64,000 nucleotides of DNA from Nitrospirota bacterium (GTDB lineage: Bacteria; Nitrospirota; UBA9217): assembly GCA_029858565.1 (NCBI GenBank), contig JAOUEV010000012.1, positions 278 to 64,277 on the forward strand, written 5' to 3'. This document shows, one piece after another, positions 35,814 through 47,039 of this stretch. The stretch's first letter is position 1; every line of letters begins with the position of its first letter. The notes under the pieces were generated by a model. That model saw only the letters and a program-made list of their open reading frames with translations, was not told the origin of the DNA and did no database searches. The translations under genes and the position numbers were made by a program.

Positions 35814-35990
35814 GACAGTTCTTTTATAACTCCTCTAACAGCTGCGCAATCTTCACACTTTTCAGCGGACCGAAATACCAATACGCCTGTGCTGATTTGT
35901 AATTTTCACACATTCCCTTTGCGCAGGAACAAGGCTAATTTTGCTTTCCAGGAATCCTTTCCCCCGCCTCTTTCCTGATATAATTCGCTC

Positions 35991-36785
35991 ATGACCACTC
36001 CTGTTGTTCAGGTCGACGCATTCACGGACAAACCCTTTTGCGGCAATCCCGCCGCGGTCTGCATTCTCGAGGAACTGAAGGACGATGCCTGGATGCAGAA
36101 CGTTGCCCGGGAGATGAACCTCTCGGAGACCGCTTTTCTGATCAAGAATCCTGACACCTACGATCTGCGCTGGTTCACGCCTGCGGCAGAGGTGGACCTC
36201 TGCGGCCACGCCACGCTCGCGTCGGCCCATGTGCTCTGGGAGAACGGACAGGTCGACCGCGGCCAGGCGATCAGGTTCATGACGAAAAGCGGGCTTCTCA
36301 CCTGCGCATGGAAAGACGGATGGATCGAGATGGACTTCCCCGCGGAACCGGAGCATCACGACGTTCCCCCGCGGGAACTTATAGACGCGTTGGGTGTCAC
36401 ACCGGTCTACACTGGCAGGAACCGTTTGAACGACTGGCTTGTTGAGATAGAATCGGAAACGGTCCTGCGCCGTCTTGCCCCGGATTTCTCTCTTCTCGCG
36501 GCGGTTCCCATGCGCGGCGTCATGGTGACCGCCCGGTCCGTTACCCGGGGCTATGATTTCATTTCCCGGTTCTTCGCTCCCCGCGTCAACATCGCTGAGG
36601 ACCCGGTCACCGGCTCGGCGCATTGCTGTCTCGGACCGTATTGGCAAAAGCGATTGAAAAGGTATGCGTTCTATGCCTGGCAGGCATCCGCCCGGGGCGG
36701 TGAGGTCCACGTCCGTGTTGCAGAAGAGCGGGTTCTTCTTTCCGGAAAAGCGATCACGGTCATGGTCGGCACCCTTCAAGTGTGA
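35991..36785 (+). CDS. PhzF-family phenazine-biosynthesis-like isomerase
   Basis: MTTPVVQVDAFTDKPFCGNPAAVCIL...ETAFL...DLCGHATLA pattern of the PhzF/YddE family, 264 aa. Confidence 0.85.
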   Translation: MTTPVVQVDAFTDKPFCGNPAAVCILEELKDDAWMQNVAREMNLSETAFLIKNPDTYDLRWFTPAAEVDLCGHATLASAHVLWENGQVDRGQAIRFMTKSGLLTCAWKDGWIEMDFPAEPEHHDVPPRELIDALGVTPVYTGRNRLNDWLVEIESETVLRRLAPDFSLLAAVPMRGVMVTARSVTRGYDFISRFFAPRVNIAEDPVTGSAHCCLGPYWQKRLKRYAFYAWQASARGGEVHVRVAEERVLLSGKAITVMVGTLQV

Positions 36786-36892
36786 TACAATAGTCTCAGC
36801 AAAAGTCCTTTTCGATCCAACCTATGTTGCAATTTTGGATCTGCCGGCGATGATAGGCAGCGATTGTTCTTCAACAGAATCCCTCGGAATAA

Positions 36893-39800
36893 TTGATGAA
36901 AGACGCCCCCAAACCAAAAAAAACCCTGAAGAAACGAACCGGTGCGCCGCGGTCCGCAGGCCGCAGGCCTGCAATGCAGGACGATCGTCTCGACGACCAG
37001 CTCCTGCACGAGCAATCCCGCGTACTGTTCGAAACCATGTCGCAGGGCGTCGTGTTCCGCGATCACGAGGCAAGGATCGTTGCCGCCAATCCTGCGGCTG
37101 AGCGTATCTTCGGCAGGAGCCTCAAGGACCTCGCGGGAAAGACCAGCGCCGAAGTGCATTTGAACGCGCTCGGCGAGGACGGGAAACCGCTTGCACCCGA
37201 CCAGTTTCCCGCGGAGACCGCGCTCCGTACCGGGAAACCGGTGACCGACTTTATCCTTACGATCCAGAATCCCGGAGATGTTCGGCGTCGCTGGATCAAG
37301 GTGAACGCCATTCCTTTTTCCCTGCGTGATTCACCGAAGCCGCTGGTTTACGTCCTGTTCGAGGACATCACAGAACGCCGCCAGATGGCGCTGGAACTGG
37401 AAAAGGCCCGCGATCATCTGGAGCAGGAGGTCCAGCAGCGCACCAGGGAGCTGATGAACGCCAACGAGGCGCTCGGCACGGAGATCGCGGTCCGTGAACG
37501 CGCCGAGTCTGCATTGCGGGACAGTGAAGAACGCTTCCGCAGGCTTGCGGAGAATGCCCAGGACCTGATCTATGTCTATCGTCTCGTTCCGGACCGTCGG
37601 TTCGAATTCGTAAGCCCCTCCTCGACCGCGGTCACCGGTTACACCCCCGAGGAGCACTACGCCGATCCCGACCTGGGCATGAAGATCGTGCACACCGATG
37701 ACCGCCGGAAGCTGCTTGATATGGCAAAGATCGCCGCGATCCCCTCTGAGCCCCTGGTCCTGCGCTGGGTGCGCAAGGACGGCCGGATCATCTGGACCGA
37801 GCAGCGCAATATTCCCATCACCGATGCCGCGGGCAGGACCGTGGCCATCCAGGGCATTGCCCGGGACATCACCGACCGGATCAGGATGGAGGAGAAGCTT
37901 CAGGCGAACGAGCGCTTCCTGCAGACGATCATCGAATCGGAGCCCGACTGCGTCAAACTCCTGGCACGGGACGGCACGCTCCTTATGATGAACCGGGCGG
38001 GTCTCGCCATGATCGGCGCGAAGTCCATCGATATGGTGCAAGGCAGATCGGTCTATGGGATCATCCTTCCTGAATACCGGCCCGGCTTCATAGCTCTCAC
38101 GGAATCGGTGTTCGACGGCAAGTCAGGGACTCTGGAGTTCGAAGCCGTGGGATTCAAAGGACGCCACATCTGGCTAGAAACCCACGCCGTCCCGCTCCGG
38201 GATGAGCAGAACGAGATCATTGCGGCACTCGGCCTCACCCGGGACATCACGGAGCGAAAGCGGATGCAGGAAAAGCTCCGGGAAAGCGCGGAAAGCCTGC
38301 AGGAAGCCCAGCGCCTGGCTGCCATCGGCAGCTGGGAATGGCTTCCCCGCACCGGAGAGTTTCGCTGGTCGCTCGAAACCTGCAGGATCCTGGGAATTGC
38401 CCCGTCCGCGGAACCGGCCTACGAAACATTTCTGCACGCTGTTCACGATCAGGACCGCGAGAGCGTGACCCGGGCGCTCGACGCCGCGCTCCGGCGCAAA
38501 CAGCCCATCGACATAGAGCACCGGGTCATCCGTCAGGACGGGAGTGTTCGCATTGTTCACTCACGCGGCCAGATCACCTGCGACCCCACCGGGGAGCCGG
38601 TCCATATTCTCGGCACATTGCAGGACCTCACCGAGCGGCGACGCGCCGAGGACCTGCTGCCGCGCATAGCCCAGCAGATATCGGAAAAGACCGGGGACGA
38701 CTATCTTCGCGCTGTTGCTGAGTTCACGGCAAGGGAACTGGGAACCGACATCGCCTTCATAGGCGAGATACCCGGTCCCGGCAAGCTTGTGCGCACGGTC
38801 ACGGTCTACGCACAGGGACGGTTTGTCGAAAACTTTGAATACGATCTCCAGAACACACCCTGCGACAACGTCGTGGGGAAAACCGTATGCTTCTATCCCG
38901 ACCGCATCCAAGCCATCTTTCCGAAGGATACCATGCTCGTTGACAGGGGTATGCACAGCTTCGCGGGGATACCGCTTTTCTCGTCCGAAGGAGATCCGGT
39001 GGGCCTTCTTGCAACGCTCGGTTCGCGGCCGATGCAGCCGGGCGATCGGGACCGCATCGTCACGCTCCTCCGGATATTCGCGGGCCGCGCATCCGCCGAA
39101 CTCGAACGCAGGCGTTCGGAAAAAGCGCTCCAGGAGAGCGAAAAGCGCTATCGTCAACTGCTCGAGTCGGTCACCAGTTACATTTACACGGTCACGATCG
39201 AGCAGGGCAGGGCGGTCTCTACCGTCCATGGCTCGGCCTGCGCCGCTGTCACCGGTTACACATCAGCCGAATACGCCGCGGATCCCTTCCTGTGGTACCA
39301 AATGGTCCATGATCCGGACAAGCCCGCTGTTCTGGCCCAGGCGGCCCACGTCATGGCCGGAGGAAAACCCGAACCCCTGGAACACCGTGTTCGCCACAAG
39401 AACGGAAAGCTGGTCTGGATCCGGAATTCCGTGGTGCCCCGGTACGACGACAAGGGCCGGCTTACCTCCTATGACGGCCTGATCGTGGATATCACGGAGC
39501 GCAAGCGGACCGAGGATTTTGTGCGGAACATCCTGGATGCCGTTGATGAAGGCTTCATTGTGATCGACCGCGATTACACGATCATTGCAGCGAACCGAGC
39601 CTATTGCGGACAGATAGGCCTTCCCGCGGGGGATGTCGTGGGAAAGAAGTGCTATGCCGTTTCCCACAAGATCTCCGGCCCCTGCTATCAGCATGGAGAG
39701 GAGTGCGCGGTGCGCACGGCCTTCGAAACCGGCAGGCCTCACAGCGTCGACCACACCCACCATGGCGGTGAAGGAAGGCCTCTTGTTGTCGAGACGAAGG

Positions 39801-41029
39801 CGTTCCCGCTGAAGGACGAATCAGGGAACATTTTCGCCGCTATCGAGATCGTGAACAATATGACCGACCGCCATCGCCTCGAGGACCAGCTTCGCCACGC
39901 CCAGAAGATGGAGGCTGTCGGACTGCTTGCAGGCGGCGTTGCACACGACTTCAACAATATCCTCACGGCGATCGTGGGATACGGAAATCTCCTGAAGATG
40001 AAGACCGCCGGTGACGATCCGCGGCAGACCTACATAGACCAGGTGCTGGGATCGGCTTCGCGGGCTGCGAACCTTACCCAGAGCCTGCTCGCCTTCAGCC
40101 GCAAGCAGATGATCTATCCCCAGCCCATGGACCTGAACGACACGATTCGCAGGGTAGAACGTCTGCTCCAGCGCGTCATTGGAGAGGACATCGATCTTCG
40201 CACCGAGCTCTTTTCCAGCGCGGTCACGATCCTGGCAGACTCAAGCCAGATCGAGCAGGTCCTGATGAACCTTGCTACGAACGCGCGGGATGCGATGCCC
40301 CGCGGCGGCAAGCTCACGATCAGCACCGACACCGCTGTCATTGATGACACCTTCAAGCGGCACCATGGATTCGGGATTCCCGGCACCTATGCCCGCATCA
40401 CCGTTGCCGACTCCGGCGCAGGCATGGACGAGGCTACGCGCGGCCGCATCTTTGATCCTTTTTTCACCACCAAGGAGATGGGAAAGGGTACCGGTCTGGG
40501 GCTTGCGATCGTCTATGGTATCATGAAGCAGAACAGCGGTTACATCACCGTGGAAAGCGAACCCGGCAAAGGCTCGTCCTTCCGCCTCTATTTTCCACTG
40601 ATCGCGGAAGCAGCAAAGGAGACACCGGCCGCCGAGCAGGCGACCTACCAGGAGGGACACGAAACCGTGCTCGTTGCCGAGGATGACACTGCCCTCAGGC
40701 AGTTGACCAGGACCATGATGACCGAGTTCGGGTATACGGTCATCGAGGCTGTTGACGGCGAGGATGCGGTGAGGAAGTTCCGGGAGAACCAGGAGCGCGT
40801 TCAGCTGGTGATCCTTGACGTGGTCATGCCGAAGAAGAACGGCCGCGAGGTACGCGACGAGATCCGGGCGATCCGGCCCGATGCCAAGGTGCTGTTCATC
40901 AGCGGCTACGGCGCCGACATCCTCGCATCCAAGGGGCTGGGCGAAGGGACTGATGAGTATCTGCTCAAGCCGGTCTCGCCTATGGACCTGCTCCGCAAGG
41001 TGCGCAAGGTCCTTGACAGCGCCAAATGA
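36893..41029 (+). CDS. Hybrid sensor histidine kinase: multiple PAS domains (+GAF-like region), HisKA, HATPase_c, C-terminal receiver
   Basis: 1378 aa. Repeated PAS signatures; H-box [17 protein letters not shown]; G-boxes [22 protein letters not shown]...GTGLGLAIV; receiver [13 protein letters not shown]...[11 protein letters not shown]...KVLFISGY. One PAS region has a Cys-rich insert ([19 protein letters not shown]). Confidence 0.9.
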   Translation: MMKDAPKPKKTLKKRTGAPRSAGRRPAMQDDRLDDQLLHEQSRVLFETMSQGVVFRDHEARIVAANPAAERIFGRSLKDLAGKTSAEVHLNALGEDGKPLAPDQFPAETALRTGKPVTDFILTIQNPGDVRRRWIKVNAIPFSLRDSPKPLVYVLFEDITERRQMALELEKARDHLEQEVQQRTRELMNANEALGTEIAVRERAESALRDSEERFRRLAENAQDLIYVYRLVPDRRFEFVSPSSTAVTGYTPEEHYADPDLGMKIVHTDDRRKLLDMAKIAAIPSEPLVLRWVRKDGRIIWTEQRNIPITDAAGRTVAIQGIARDITDRIRMEEKLQANERFLQTIIESEPDCVKLLARDGTLLMMNRAGLAMIGAKSIDMVQGRSVYGIILPEYRPGFIALTESVFDGKSGTLEFEAVGFKGRHIWLETHAVPLRDEQNEIIAALGLTRDITERKRMQEKLRESAESLQEAQRLAAIGSWEWLPRTGEFRWSLETCRILGIAPSAEPAYETFLHAVHDQDRESVTRALDAALRRKQPIDIEHRVIRQDGSVRIVHSRGQITCDPTGEPVHILGTLQDLTERRRAEDLLPRIAQQISEKTGDDYLRAVAEFTARELGTDIAFIGEIPGPGKLVRTVTVYAQGRFVENFEYDLQNTPCDNVVGKTVCFYPDRIQAIFPKDTMLVDRGMHSFAGIPLFSSEGDPVGLLATLGSRPMQPGDRDRIVTLLRIFAGRASAELERRRSEKALQESEKRYRQLLESVTSYIYTVTIEQGRAVSTVHGSACAAVTGYTSAEYAADPFLWYQMVHDPDKPAVLAQAAHVMAGGKPEPLEHRVRHKNGKLVWIRNSVVPRYDDKGRLTSYDGLIVDITERKRTEDFVRNILDAVDEGFIVIDRDYTIIAANRAYCGQIGLPAGDVVGKKCYAVSHKISGPCYQHGEECAVRTAFETGRPHSVDHTHHGGEGRPLVVETKAFPLKDESGNIFAAIEIVNNMTDRHRLEDQLRHAQKMEAVGLLAGGVAHDFNNILTAIVGYGNLLKMKTAGDDPRQTYIDQVLGSASRAANLTQSLLAFSRKQMIYPQPMDLNDTIRRVERLLQRVIGEDIDLRTELFSSAVTILADSSQIEQVLMNLATNARDAMPRGGKLTISTDTAVIDDTFKRHHGFGIPGTYARITVADSGAGMDEATRGRIFDPFFTTKEMGKGTGLGLAIVYGIMKQNSGYITVESEPGKGSSFRLYFPLIAEAAKETPAAEQATYQEGHETVLVAEDDTALRQLTRTMMTEFGYTVIEAVDGEDAVRKFRENQERVQLVILDVVMPKKNGREVRDEIRAIRPDAKVLFISGYGADILASKGLGEGTDEYLLKPVSPMDLLRKVRKVLDSAK

Positions 41030-41094
41030 CCGTCAGGAACCGCCCCGCCCCCAATCCCGCTTGACAGCGCCCGCGGACCATGCTACGTTTCGGT

Positions 41095-41952
41095 ATGCTG
41101 GTCTATGTGAACGGGAAGTTCGTACCAAAAGAAGAGGCCCTGGTCTCGGTCTTTGACCACGGCTACCTCTACGGCGACGGCATCTACGAGACCCTCCGCG
41201 CCTATAACGGAAAGATATTCCTGCTGAGCAAGCATCTGGCACGCCTGAAGTTGTCCGCTGAAGCCATTGGACTCAACCTTCCGCTTACGCTCGACAAGAT
41301 CGGGGACGCGCTCCGTGAGGCGCTCACGGTCAACAAGCTGCGGGAAGCCTATATGCGCATCCAGGTCAGCCGGGGGACCGGAGATATCGGCCTGGACCCT
41401 GCGCTCTGTCCGGCTCCCTCCATGGTGATCATCACCAAGCCCTTCAAGGACTATCCCGAAGACCTCTATGCAAAAGGCGTCGAGGTCTCGATCGTGAATA
41501 CCCGCCGGAACCATCCCGCATCGCTCAGTCCCTCTATCAAGAGCACGAACTTTCTGAACAACATCCTGGCTAAGATCGAATCTCTCAAAGCGGGCTCCTA
41601 CGAAGGGATCCTGCTGAACTGGGAGGGATACGTTGCTGAAGGGACCATCAGCAACATCTTCCATGTTAAAAAAGGCGTGCTGTACACGCCGGACCTGAAG
41701 ACCGGAATACTCGAAGGGGTCACCCGTGACCTGGTCATGCACCTGGCGCGGAAGGAAAGGATCCCGGTAAAAGAGGCGCAGATCAAACCCAGGGAGCTCG
41801 CCGATGCCGATGAATGCTTTCTGACCAACACGACCGTGGAGGTCCTACCGGTGACCAGGATCGACGGCAAGGACGTCGGCGCGGGAACTCCCGGCGCCAT
41901 CACCGCCCGGCTCATGGCGGCCTACCGCGATGAGGTGACAAAGCATGTTTGA
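41095..41952 (+). CDS. Class IV (fold type IV) aminotransferase: branched-chain amino acid or D-amino-acid aminotransferase
   Basis: LVYVNGKFVPKEEALVSVFDHGYLYGDGIYETLRAYNG, 285 aa. A TTGACA-17-TACGTT promoter-like site sits at 41061-41089. Confidence 0.8.
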   Translation: MLVYVNGKFVPKEEALVSVFDHGYLYGDGIYETLRAYNGKIFLLSKHLARLKLSAEAIGLNLPLTLDKIGDALREALTVNKLREAYMRIQVSRGTGDIGLDPALCPAPSMVIITKPFKDYPEDLYAKGVEVSIVNTRRNHPASLSPSIKSTNFLNNILAKIESLKAGSYEGILLNWEGYVAEGTISNIFHVKKGVLYTPDLKTGILEGVTRDLVMHLARKERIPVKEAQIKPRELADADECFLTNTTVEVLPVTRIDGKDVGAGTPGAITARLMAAYRDEVTKHV

Positions 41953-42619
41953 GAGCGCGGCCGTACTCGCCGGCCTGATCGATCACACCCTGGTGCGGCC
42001 TGACGCGAGCCTCGAGGAGCTGGACGCGGCCTGCAGCGATGCGCGCACCCACGGTTTCGCCGCGCTGATCGTGAACGGCTGGCAGGTTGCCCGGGCAAAG
42101 GAAGCGCTAAAGGGCTCGAGCGTGCGCGTCGGAGCGGTGATCGGATTCCCCCACGGCACCTGCACCACCACGGTCAAGATCATGGAAGCCATGGAAGCCA
42201 TGCGGAACGGCGCCGAAGAACTCGATATCGTCATGAACCTCGGCATGTTCCGGTCCGGCAAGCCCGAGATGTTCGAGATCGATATCAAGAACGTCGTTAC
42301 CATGACCAAGGGCCTGACGCACAAGATCATCATCGAGACCAGCGCCCTGCGCGACGGCGAGTTGGACGACATATGCAGGATCGTGGTGCGCTCAGGCGCC
42401 ACGTTCGTGAAGACCTCGACCGGTTACGGGGCCCGCGGCGCGTCGGTTGACGATATCCGGTCGATCCGCGCGGCCGTCGGGACCACCTGCCTCATCAAGG
42501 CGTCAGGCGGCATCAAGGACCTCTCCTCGGTCGTCGCCATGGTCGCTGCCGGCGCTGACCGCATCGGCACCAGCGCCGGCCCCGCCATCATGGCAGAATA
42601 CCTCCGCAGCAGGCAGTAG
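41945..42619 (+). CDS. deoC: Deoxyribose-phosphate aldolase
   Basis: LIDHTLVRPDAS...FVKTSTGY...IKASGGI pattern with the Schiff-base lysine context; 224 aa. Confidence 0.85.
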   Translation: MFESAAVLAGLIDHTLVRPDASLEELDAACSDARTHGFAALIVNGWQVARAKEALKGSSVRVGAVIGFPHGTCTTTVKIMEAMEAMRNGAEELDIVMNLGMFRSGKPEMFEIDIKNVVTMTKGLTHKIIIETSALRDGELDDICRIVVRSGATFVKTSTGYGARGASVDDIRSIRAAVGTTCLIKASGGIKDLSSVVAMVAAGADRIGTSAGPAIMAEYLRSRQ

Positions 42620-42766
42620 GCGTACTTACATCCCGCTTGCAAAATCCAAAACGTCGCTACGGACAAATGAGTGGCCGATCGACTCCTGCCATCATCACTT
42701 GATCGCTATACCGTGAGAACAGTGGGTACGTTCTAGAGGTTGATCTTTTACCATTCGAAAAGAAAA

Positions 42767-42800
42767 ACCGGCCGCGACTTGGCGTCGCGGCCGGTTCTGC
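42767..42800. terminator. Probable bidirectional terminator between convergent deoC and lpxC
   Basis: 11-bp perfect stem ccggccgcgac-ttgg-cgtcgcggccgg flanked by an A-rich 5' side (gaaaagaaaaa) and a T-containing 3' side (ttctgcgtt). Confidence 0.55.
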
Positions 42801-42882
42801 GTTCCCACCTGGTCAGGTTGGAGTCTAATATCTTCCTTCGTTCATTACATACGAGATTGCTTCGTTTTGTTCACTGTGGCAA

Positions 42883-43794
42883 CTAGATGGCAACGGACGG
42901 CTGCATGACCAGCGGCTCCCGTCTTGGCGCCACTGTCGGGATCTCGCCCACATGGACCCAGTTCAGCGGCTCCTGCAGGACCTTTGCGACCAGTTGCGAG
43001 TTGAGGCTGTGGCCGGACTTGCGCGCCACCACATGACCGATGATCGGCATGCCGGCGAGCGACAGGTCACCGATGATGTCCAGAACCTTGTGACGCACGA
43101 ACTCATCGCGATATCTGAGCCCTTCTTTGTTCAGCACGGTCTCGGCATCGAGCACCACCGCGTTTTCGAGCGACCCGCCCCGGGCAAGGCCCGCAGCCTG
43201 CAGGGCCTGCACATCGCGCAGGAACCCGAAGGTCCGGGCATCAGCGACCTCACGGATAAAGCTTTCTTCCGAAATACTGTAGCTCAGGCTCTGCTCGCGA
43301 AGCAGCGGATGGTCAAAATCAATGAAGTAGGAAATGCTCGAGGTCTCAGCGGGCCAGATGGCGGCCTGCTTGTCGCCATCAGCCACGAACACCGGCCGGG
43401 TCACCTTCAGGACCGGCTGGACCTTCCTCTGCGTCTGAATGCCCGCCTCGGTGATCATCCTGATGAAGGGACCCGCGCTGCCGTCCATGATCGGCACTTC
43501 CTCCGCATCGATCTCCGCCTGGACATTGCTGATGCCGAGTCCGGCAAGAGCCGCCAGAAGATGTTCCACGGTCTGCACAGTCGCGTTGTTCCTGCGCAGG
43601 GTGGTTGCGTAGTTCGTTGCCGATGTATTGGCCGCGGATGCCTTGATCTCGACACCGCCCAGGTCCTTGCGCAGGAACACCACACCGGCATCAACAGCCG
43701 CCGGTCGCAGGGTCAAGGTAACAGCCTTGCCGGAATGCAGGCCCATGCCCTTGCAGGAGATGGAGTTCTTTATGGTCCGCTGGTATCTGATCAT
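42883..43794 (-). CDS. lpxC: UDP-3-O-acyl-N-acetylglucosamine deacetylase
   Basis: MIRYQRTIKNSISCKGMGLHSGKAVTLTLRPA...TVEHLLAAL...HKVLDIIGDL pattern; ~304 aa from the internal Met. The track ORF is extended 5' without support. Confidence 0.9.
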   Translation of the reverse strand: MIRYQRTIKNSISCKGMGLHSGKAVTLTLRPAAVDAGVVFLRKDLGGVEIKASAANTSATNYATTLRRNNATVQTVEHLLAALAGLGISNVQAEIDAEEVPIMDGSAGPFIRMITEAGIQTQRKVQPVLKVTRPVFVADGDKQAAIWPAETSSISYFIDFDHPLLREQSLSYSISEESFIREVADARTFGFLRDVQALQAAGLARGGSLENAVVLDAETVLNKEGLRYRDEFVRHKVLDIIGDLSLAGMPIIGHVVARKSGHSLNSQLVAKVLQEPLNWVHVGEIPTVAPRREPLVMQPSVAI

Positions 43795-44256
43795 ATTGTC
43801 CTCGATTCTGACAATATATAAAGCAATCAATGTGCCAGGATGGCACACCAAAATAGCCCGGCTAATCAGAGAGATAAGCCGGAGAATCACCTCCCGATAT
43901 GTGGTAATTCTTCCACAGGACCGGCTTTTGTTGATTTGCTGCAACAGACCCGAGACAATTACCAGCCGGTCCTGTTCCAGAACCGACAATCTCATCGGAA
44001 CGGTCAGGCCGGGTGTCTTATCGATTGCAGAGTATCGTCATCACCAACCTGGTCAGGAATCTCGAAATATACATCAATAATTCCGGATACCAGCTTTTGC
44101 AGGAATAACGGGTTTCGTGGATTTTCCGTTACAGATCAAGGGAATCTCTTCGGGCTAATATTGGTTTTACGTTGACACACCGTAAGTGAATATGCTACAT
44201 TTTCGTAGGTTTTGCAGGATCGAACCTGGCTGGCCCGACATAATCATGGAGGCAAC

Positions 44257-44964
44257 ATGGCAGCGACCCTTGACGAACTGTACGAGCAGGGCATGGATGC
44301 TTTCAGCCGGAGTGATTACACCCTCGCGGAGAATCTTTTTCACCGGATCCTGGGCGTCAATCCCCGTTTTGCCGATATCCTCAACAAGATGGGGCTCATT
44401 TACAGCCAGACCAACCGCCCGGATCTTGCGGCAAAGTCCTTTGAACAGGCTCTTGCGATCAACCCGGGATACACCGAGGCATCCCTCAACCTCGCCATCA
44501 CCTACCATGCCCTGAACCAGTATGACAAGGCCCGGGAGGTCTTTGAGCGGGCCGCGCGTATCAGCCGGGAAGGATCATCGGATATCGACCCTTTTATCAA
44601 GGGCAAGCTCGCGAACGAGCATCTCAAGATCGGCAACATCTACGCAAACCTCGGCAAGTTCCCCGACGCAATTGACGAGTATGAAAAGGCGCTCCGTCTT
44701 GCTCCGAACTTCGCCGATATCATCACCCAGCTCGGCATCGCCCTTCGTGAAACAGGCCAGTACGACGAGGCGCTCAAACAATTCAACCGCGCCAAGGAGG
44801 CGAATGCCAATTTCATCCCGGCCCGTCTCCATCTGGGCATCACCTACTATTCCCGCGGATTCTACGGCCTTGCCGAGGAGGAATGGCAGGCCGCACTCAA
44901 GATCGATCCCAAGAACCTCGCGGTCAAGACCTACCTGAACTTTGTCAAACCGCCGCAGTCCTGA
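44257..44964 (+). CDS. TPR-repeat protein
   Basis: GGAGG RBS then ATG at 44257; about 6 TPR repeats (e.g. ADILNKMGLIYSQTNRPDLAAKSFEQALAINP). Confidence 0.75.
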   Translation: MAATLDELYEQGMDAFSRSDYTLAENLFHRILGVNPRFADILNKMGLIYSQTNRPDLAAKSFEQALAINPGYTEASLNLAITYHALNQYDKAREVFERAARISREGSSDIDPFIKGKLANEHLKIGNIYANLGKFPDAIDEYEKALRLAPNFADIITQLGIALRETGQYDEALKQFNRAKEANANFIPARLHLGITYYSRGFYGLAEEEWQAALKIDPKNLAVKTYLNFVKPPQS

Positions 44965-44974
44965 GGAGCACCGC

Positions 44975-45934
44975 GTGCATCTACTGGAAATAGCGGGGCT
45001 CTCCACCTCCTTCAACACGCCGACCGGCGACGTTCGCGCCGTCAACAACCTCCATCTGACGGCGCCCGGGGGCCGCGTTCTCGGCCTGGTCGGAGAGAGC
45101 GGATGCGGCAAGACCGTCACGGCCCTTTCCATCCTGAACCTCGTTCCCCCGCCCGGCAGGATCACCGCGGGTCGCATTCTTTTCGAAGGCACGGACCTCC
45201 TGACGCTTCCTGAGCAGGAAATGCGCCGGATCCGCGGCAGCCGCATCTCCATGGTCTTCCAGGAGCCCATGACCGCGCTCAATCCGGTCTTCACCGTGGG
45301 CAACCAGATCGGCGAGGTTCTGACCACGCACCTTTCCCTGACAAGGAAGGATGCTGAGGACCGATCGGTGGAGCTCTTGCGCTCCGTGGGCATTCCGTCC
45401 CCGGAAAAGCGGGTGCACGAATATCCGCACCAGCTCTCGGGCGGCATGCGTCAGCGGGTGATCATTGCCATGGCGATCGCGTGCAAGCCGTCGCTGATCC
45501 TTGCCGACGAGCCCACCACGGCCCTCGACGTTACCATTCAGGCGCATATCCTCGAGCTGCTGTCAAATATCCAGGCTGAGATGGGCATGGCCATGATCCT
45601 GGTGACCCATGACCTCGGCCTGATCGCGGAACGGGCCCATGAAGTGGCAGTGATGTACGCGGGCAGGATCGTGGAGCAGACGGCTGCGAGCGGGCTCTTT
45701 GCCGACCCGCGCCATCCCTATACCCGGGGACTCATGGCCTCCATCCCCCGGCCCGGCGAGACCAAGCGCTCCCGTCTCAGAACGATCGCGGGTTCGGTAC
45801 CCCGGTTGAGCGATCTGCCCGCAGGATGCGCATTCGGTCCGCGATGCGAGAAGAAGACCGAAGCCTGCGAAGCACATCCTGACCTGTTGGAGATCAAGCC
45901 GGGACATTTTGTGCGGTGCTGGAATGCATTATGA
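44975..45934 (+). CDS. Oligopeptide/dipeptide ABC transporter ATP-binding protein (OppD/DppD-like)
   Basis: Walker A GESGCGKT, signature LSGGMRQR, C-terminal oligopeptide-transporter extension with CxxC...C. GTG start at 44975 after GAGGAG. Confidence 0.85.
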   Translation: MHLLEIAGLSTSFNTPTGDVRAVNNLHLTAPGGRVLGLVGESGCGKTVTALSILNLVPPPGRITAGRILFEGTDLLTLPEQEMRRIRGSRISMVFQEPMTALNPVFTVGNQIGEVLTTHLSLTRKDAEDRSVELLRSVGIPSPEKRVHEYPHQLSGGMRQRVIIAMAIACKPSLILADEPTTALDVTIQAHILELLSNIQAEMGMAMILVTHDLGLIAERAHEVAVMYAGRIVEQTAASGLFADPRHPYTRGLMASIPRPGETKRSRLRTIAGSVPRLSDLPAGCAFGPRCEKKTEACEAHPDLLEIKPGHFVRCWNAL

Positions 45935-46893
45935 CCGAACCGATCCTCCAGATAGAGAACCTTCATAAGACCTTCTCGGTCAAGACCGGATTCGGCAAGA
46001 CCGCGCACGCGGTCGCCGTGGACGGCGTTGACCTGACCGTGGGAAAAGGCGAGGTCGTGGGTCTGGTCGGCGAGAGCGGGTGCGGCAAATCCACGCTCGG
46101 CAGACTGGCGCTGGGATTGCTCTCTCCCACTTCCGGCAGGGTGCTCTTCGGCAGCCAGGATATCACGTCCATCGGCAAAAAAGCGCTGCGCAGCCTCCGC
46201 AAGGACATGCAGATCATTTTTCAGGACCCGTTCGCATCGCTTAATCCGCGCATGCGGGTACGCGATATCGTGACCGAACCGCTGGTGATCCACAAACTGG
46301 CCGGACAAAGGGACCAAGAGCAGCACGCCGCGTCACTGCTGGAGAAGGTCGGACTGAACGCCGATGCGCTCGCGCGATATCCCCACGAATTCTCCGGCGG
46401 TCAGCGTCAGCGCATCGGCATCGCCCGCGCGCTCGCGAGCAGGCCTTCTTTTATCGTTGCCGACGAGCCGGTCTCGGCCCTCGACGTCTCGGTCCAGGCC
46501 CAGATCATCAACCTGCTGGGCGATCTGCAGCAGGAGATGGGTTTGTCCTTCCTGTTCATCGCCCACGACCTGAACGTGGTGCGCTATTTTTCCGACCGCG
46601 TGGCGGTCATGTACCTTGGCCGGATCGTGGAACTCGCGCCGGCAGACGAGATCTACAGCAGGCCTTCCCATCCCTATACTGAAGCATTGCTCGCGGACAT
46701 CCCGGTCGCGGACCCGACAATGAAGAAGAAGCACATCCTCTTGAAAGGCGATATCCCCAGTCCCACCCAGATACCGCAGGGCTGCCGCTTCCATACCCGC
46801 TGCATCCACCGGTTTGAGCCCTGCGACAAGGTCGCGCCGAAGATCACGGACCTCGGCAACGGCCATTTTGTGGAATGCCATCTCCGGGGATAA
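45931..46893 (+). CDS. Oligopeptide/dipeptide ABC transporter ATP-binding protein (OppF/DppF-like)
   Basis: Walker A GESGCGKST, signature FSGGQRQR, C-terminal ...GCRFHTRCIHRFEPCD. Overlaps the upstream ATPase gene by 4 nt. Confidence 0.85.
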   Translation: MTEPILQIENLHKTFSVKTGFGKTAHAVAVDGVDLTVGKGEVVGLVGESGCGKSTLGRLALGLLSPTSGRVLFGSQDITSIGKKALRSLRKDMQIIFQDPFASLNPRMRVRDIVTEPLVIHKLAGQRDQEQHAASLLEKVGLNADALARYPHEFSGGQRQRIGIARALASRPSFIVADEPVSALDVSVQAQIINLLGDLQQEMGLSFLFIAHDLNVVRYFSDRVAVMYLGRIVELAPADEIYSRPSHPYTEALLADIPVADPTMKKKHILLKGDIPSPTQIPQGCRFHTRCIHRFEPCDKVAPKITDLGNGHFVECHLRG

Positions 46894-47039
46894 TCCCTTT
46901 CTATCGAGCAACTGCGCTTCCGCCTTCTTTGCGCACTGCCGGCAACATGTCTCCTGTTGATTTCAGCATACATACGAATTATCATTAGCCAGCAGGTGTC
47001 CTGCACATCCTGTTCTGGCATCTGTTCTTCTGCAACAGA

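Noticed and set aside
35862-36779. 305-aa minus-strand ORF
   Set aside because: It is antisense to the PhzF-family gene, which has clear family motifs on the plus strand.
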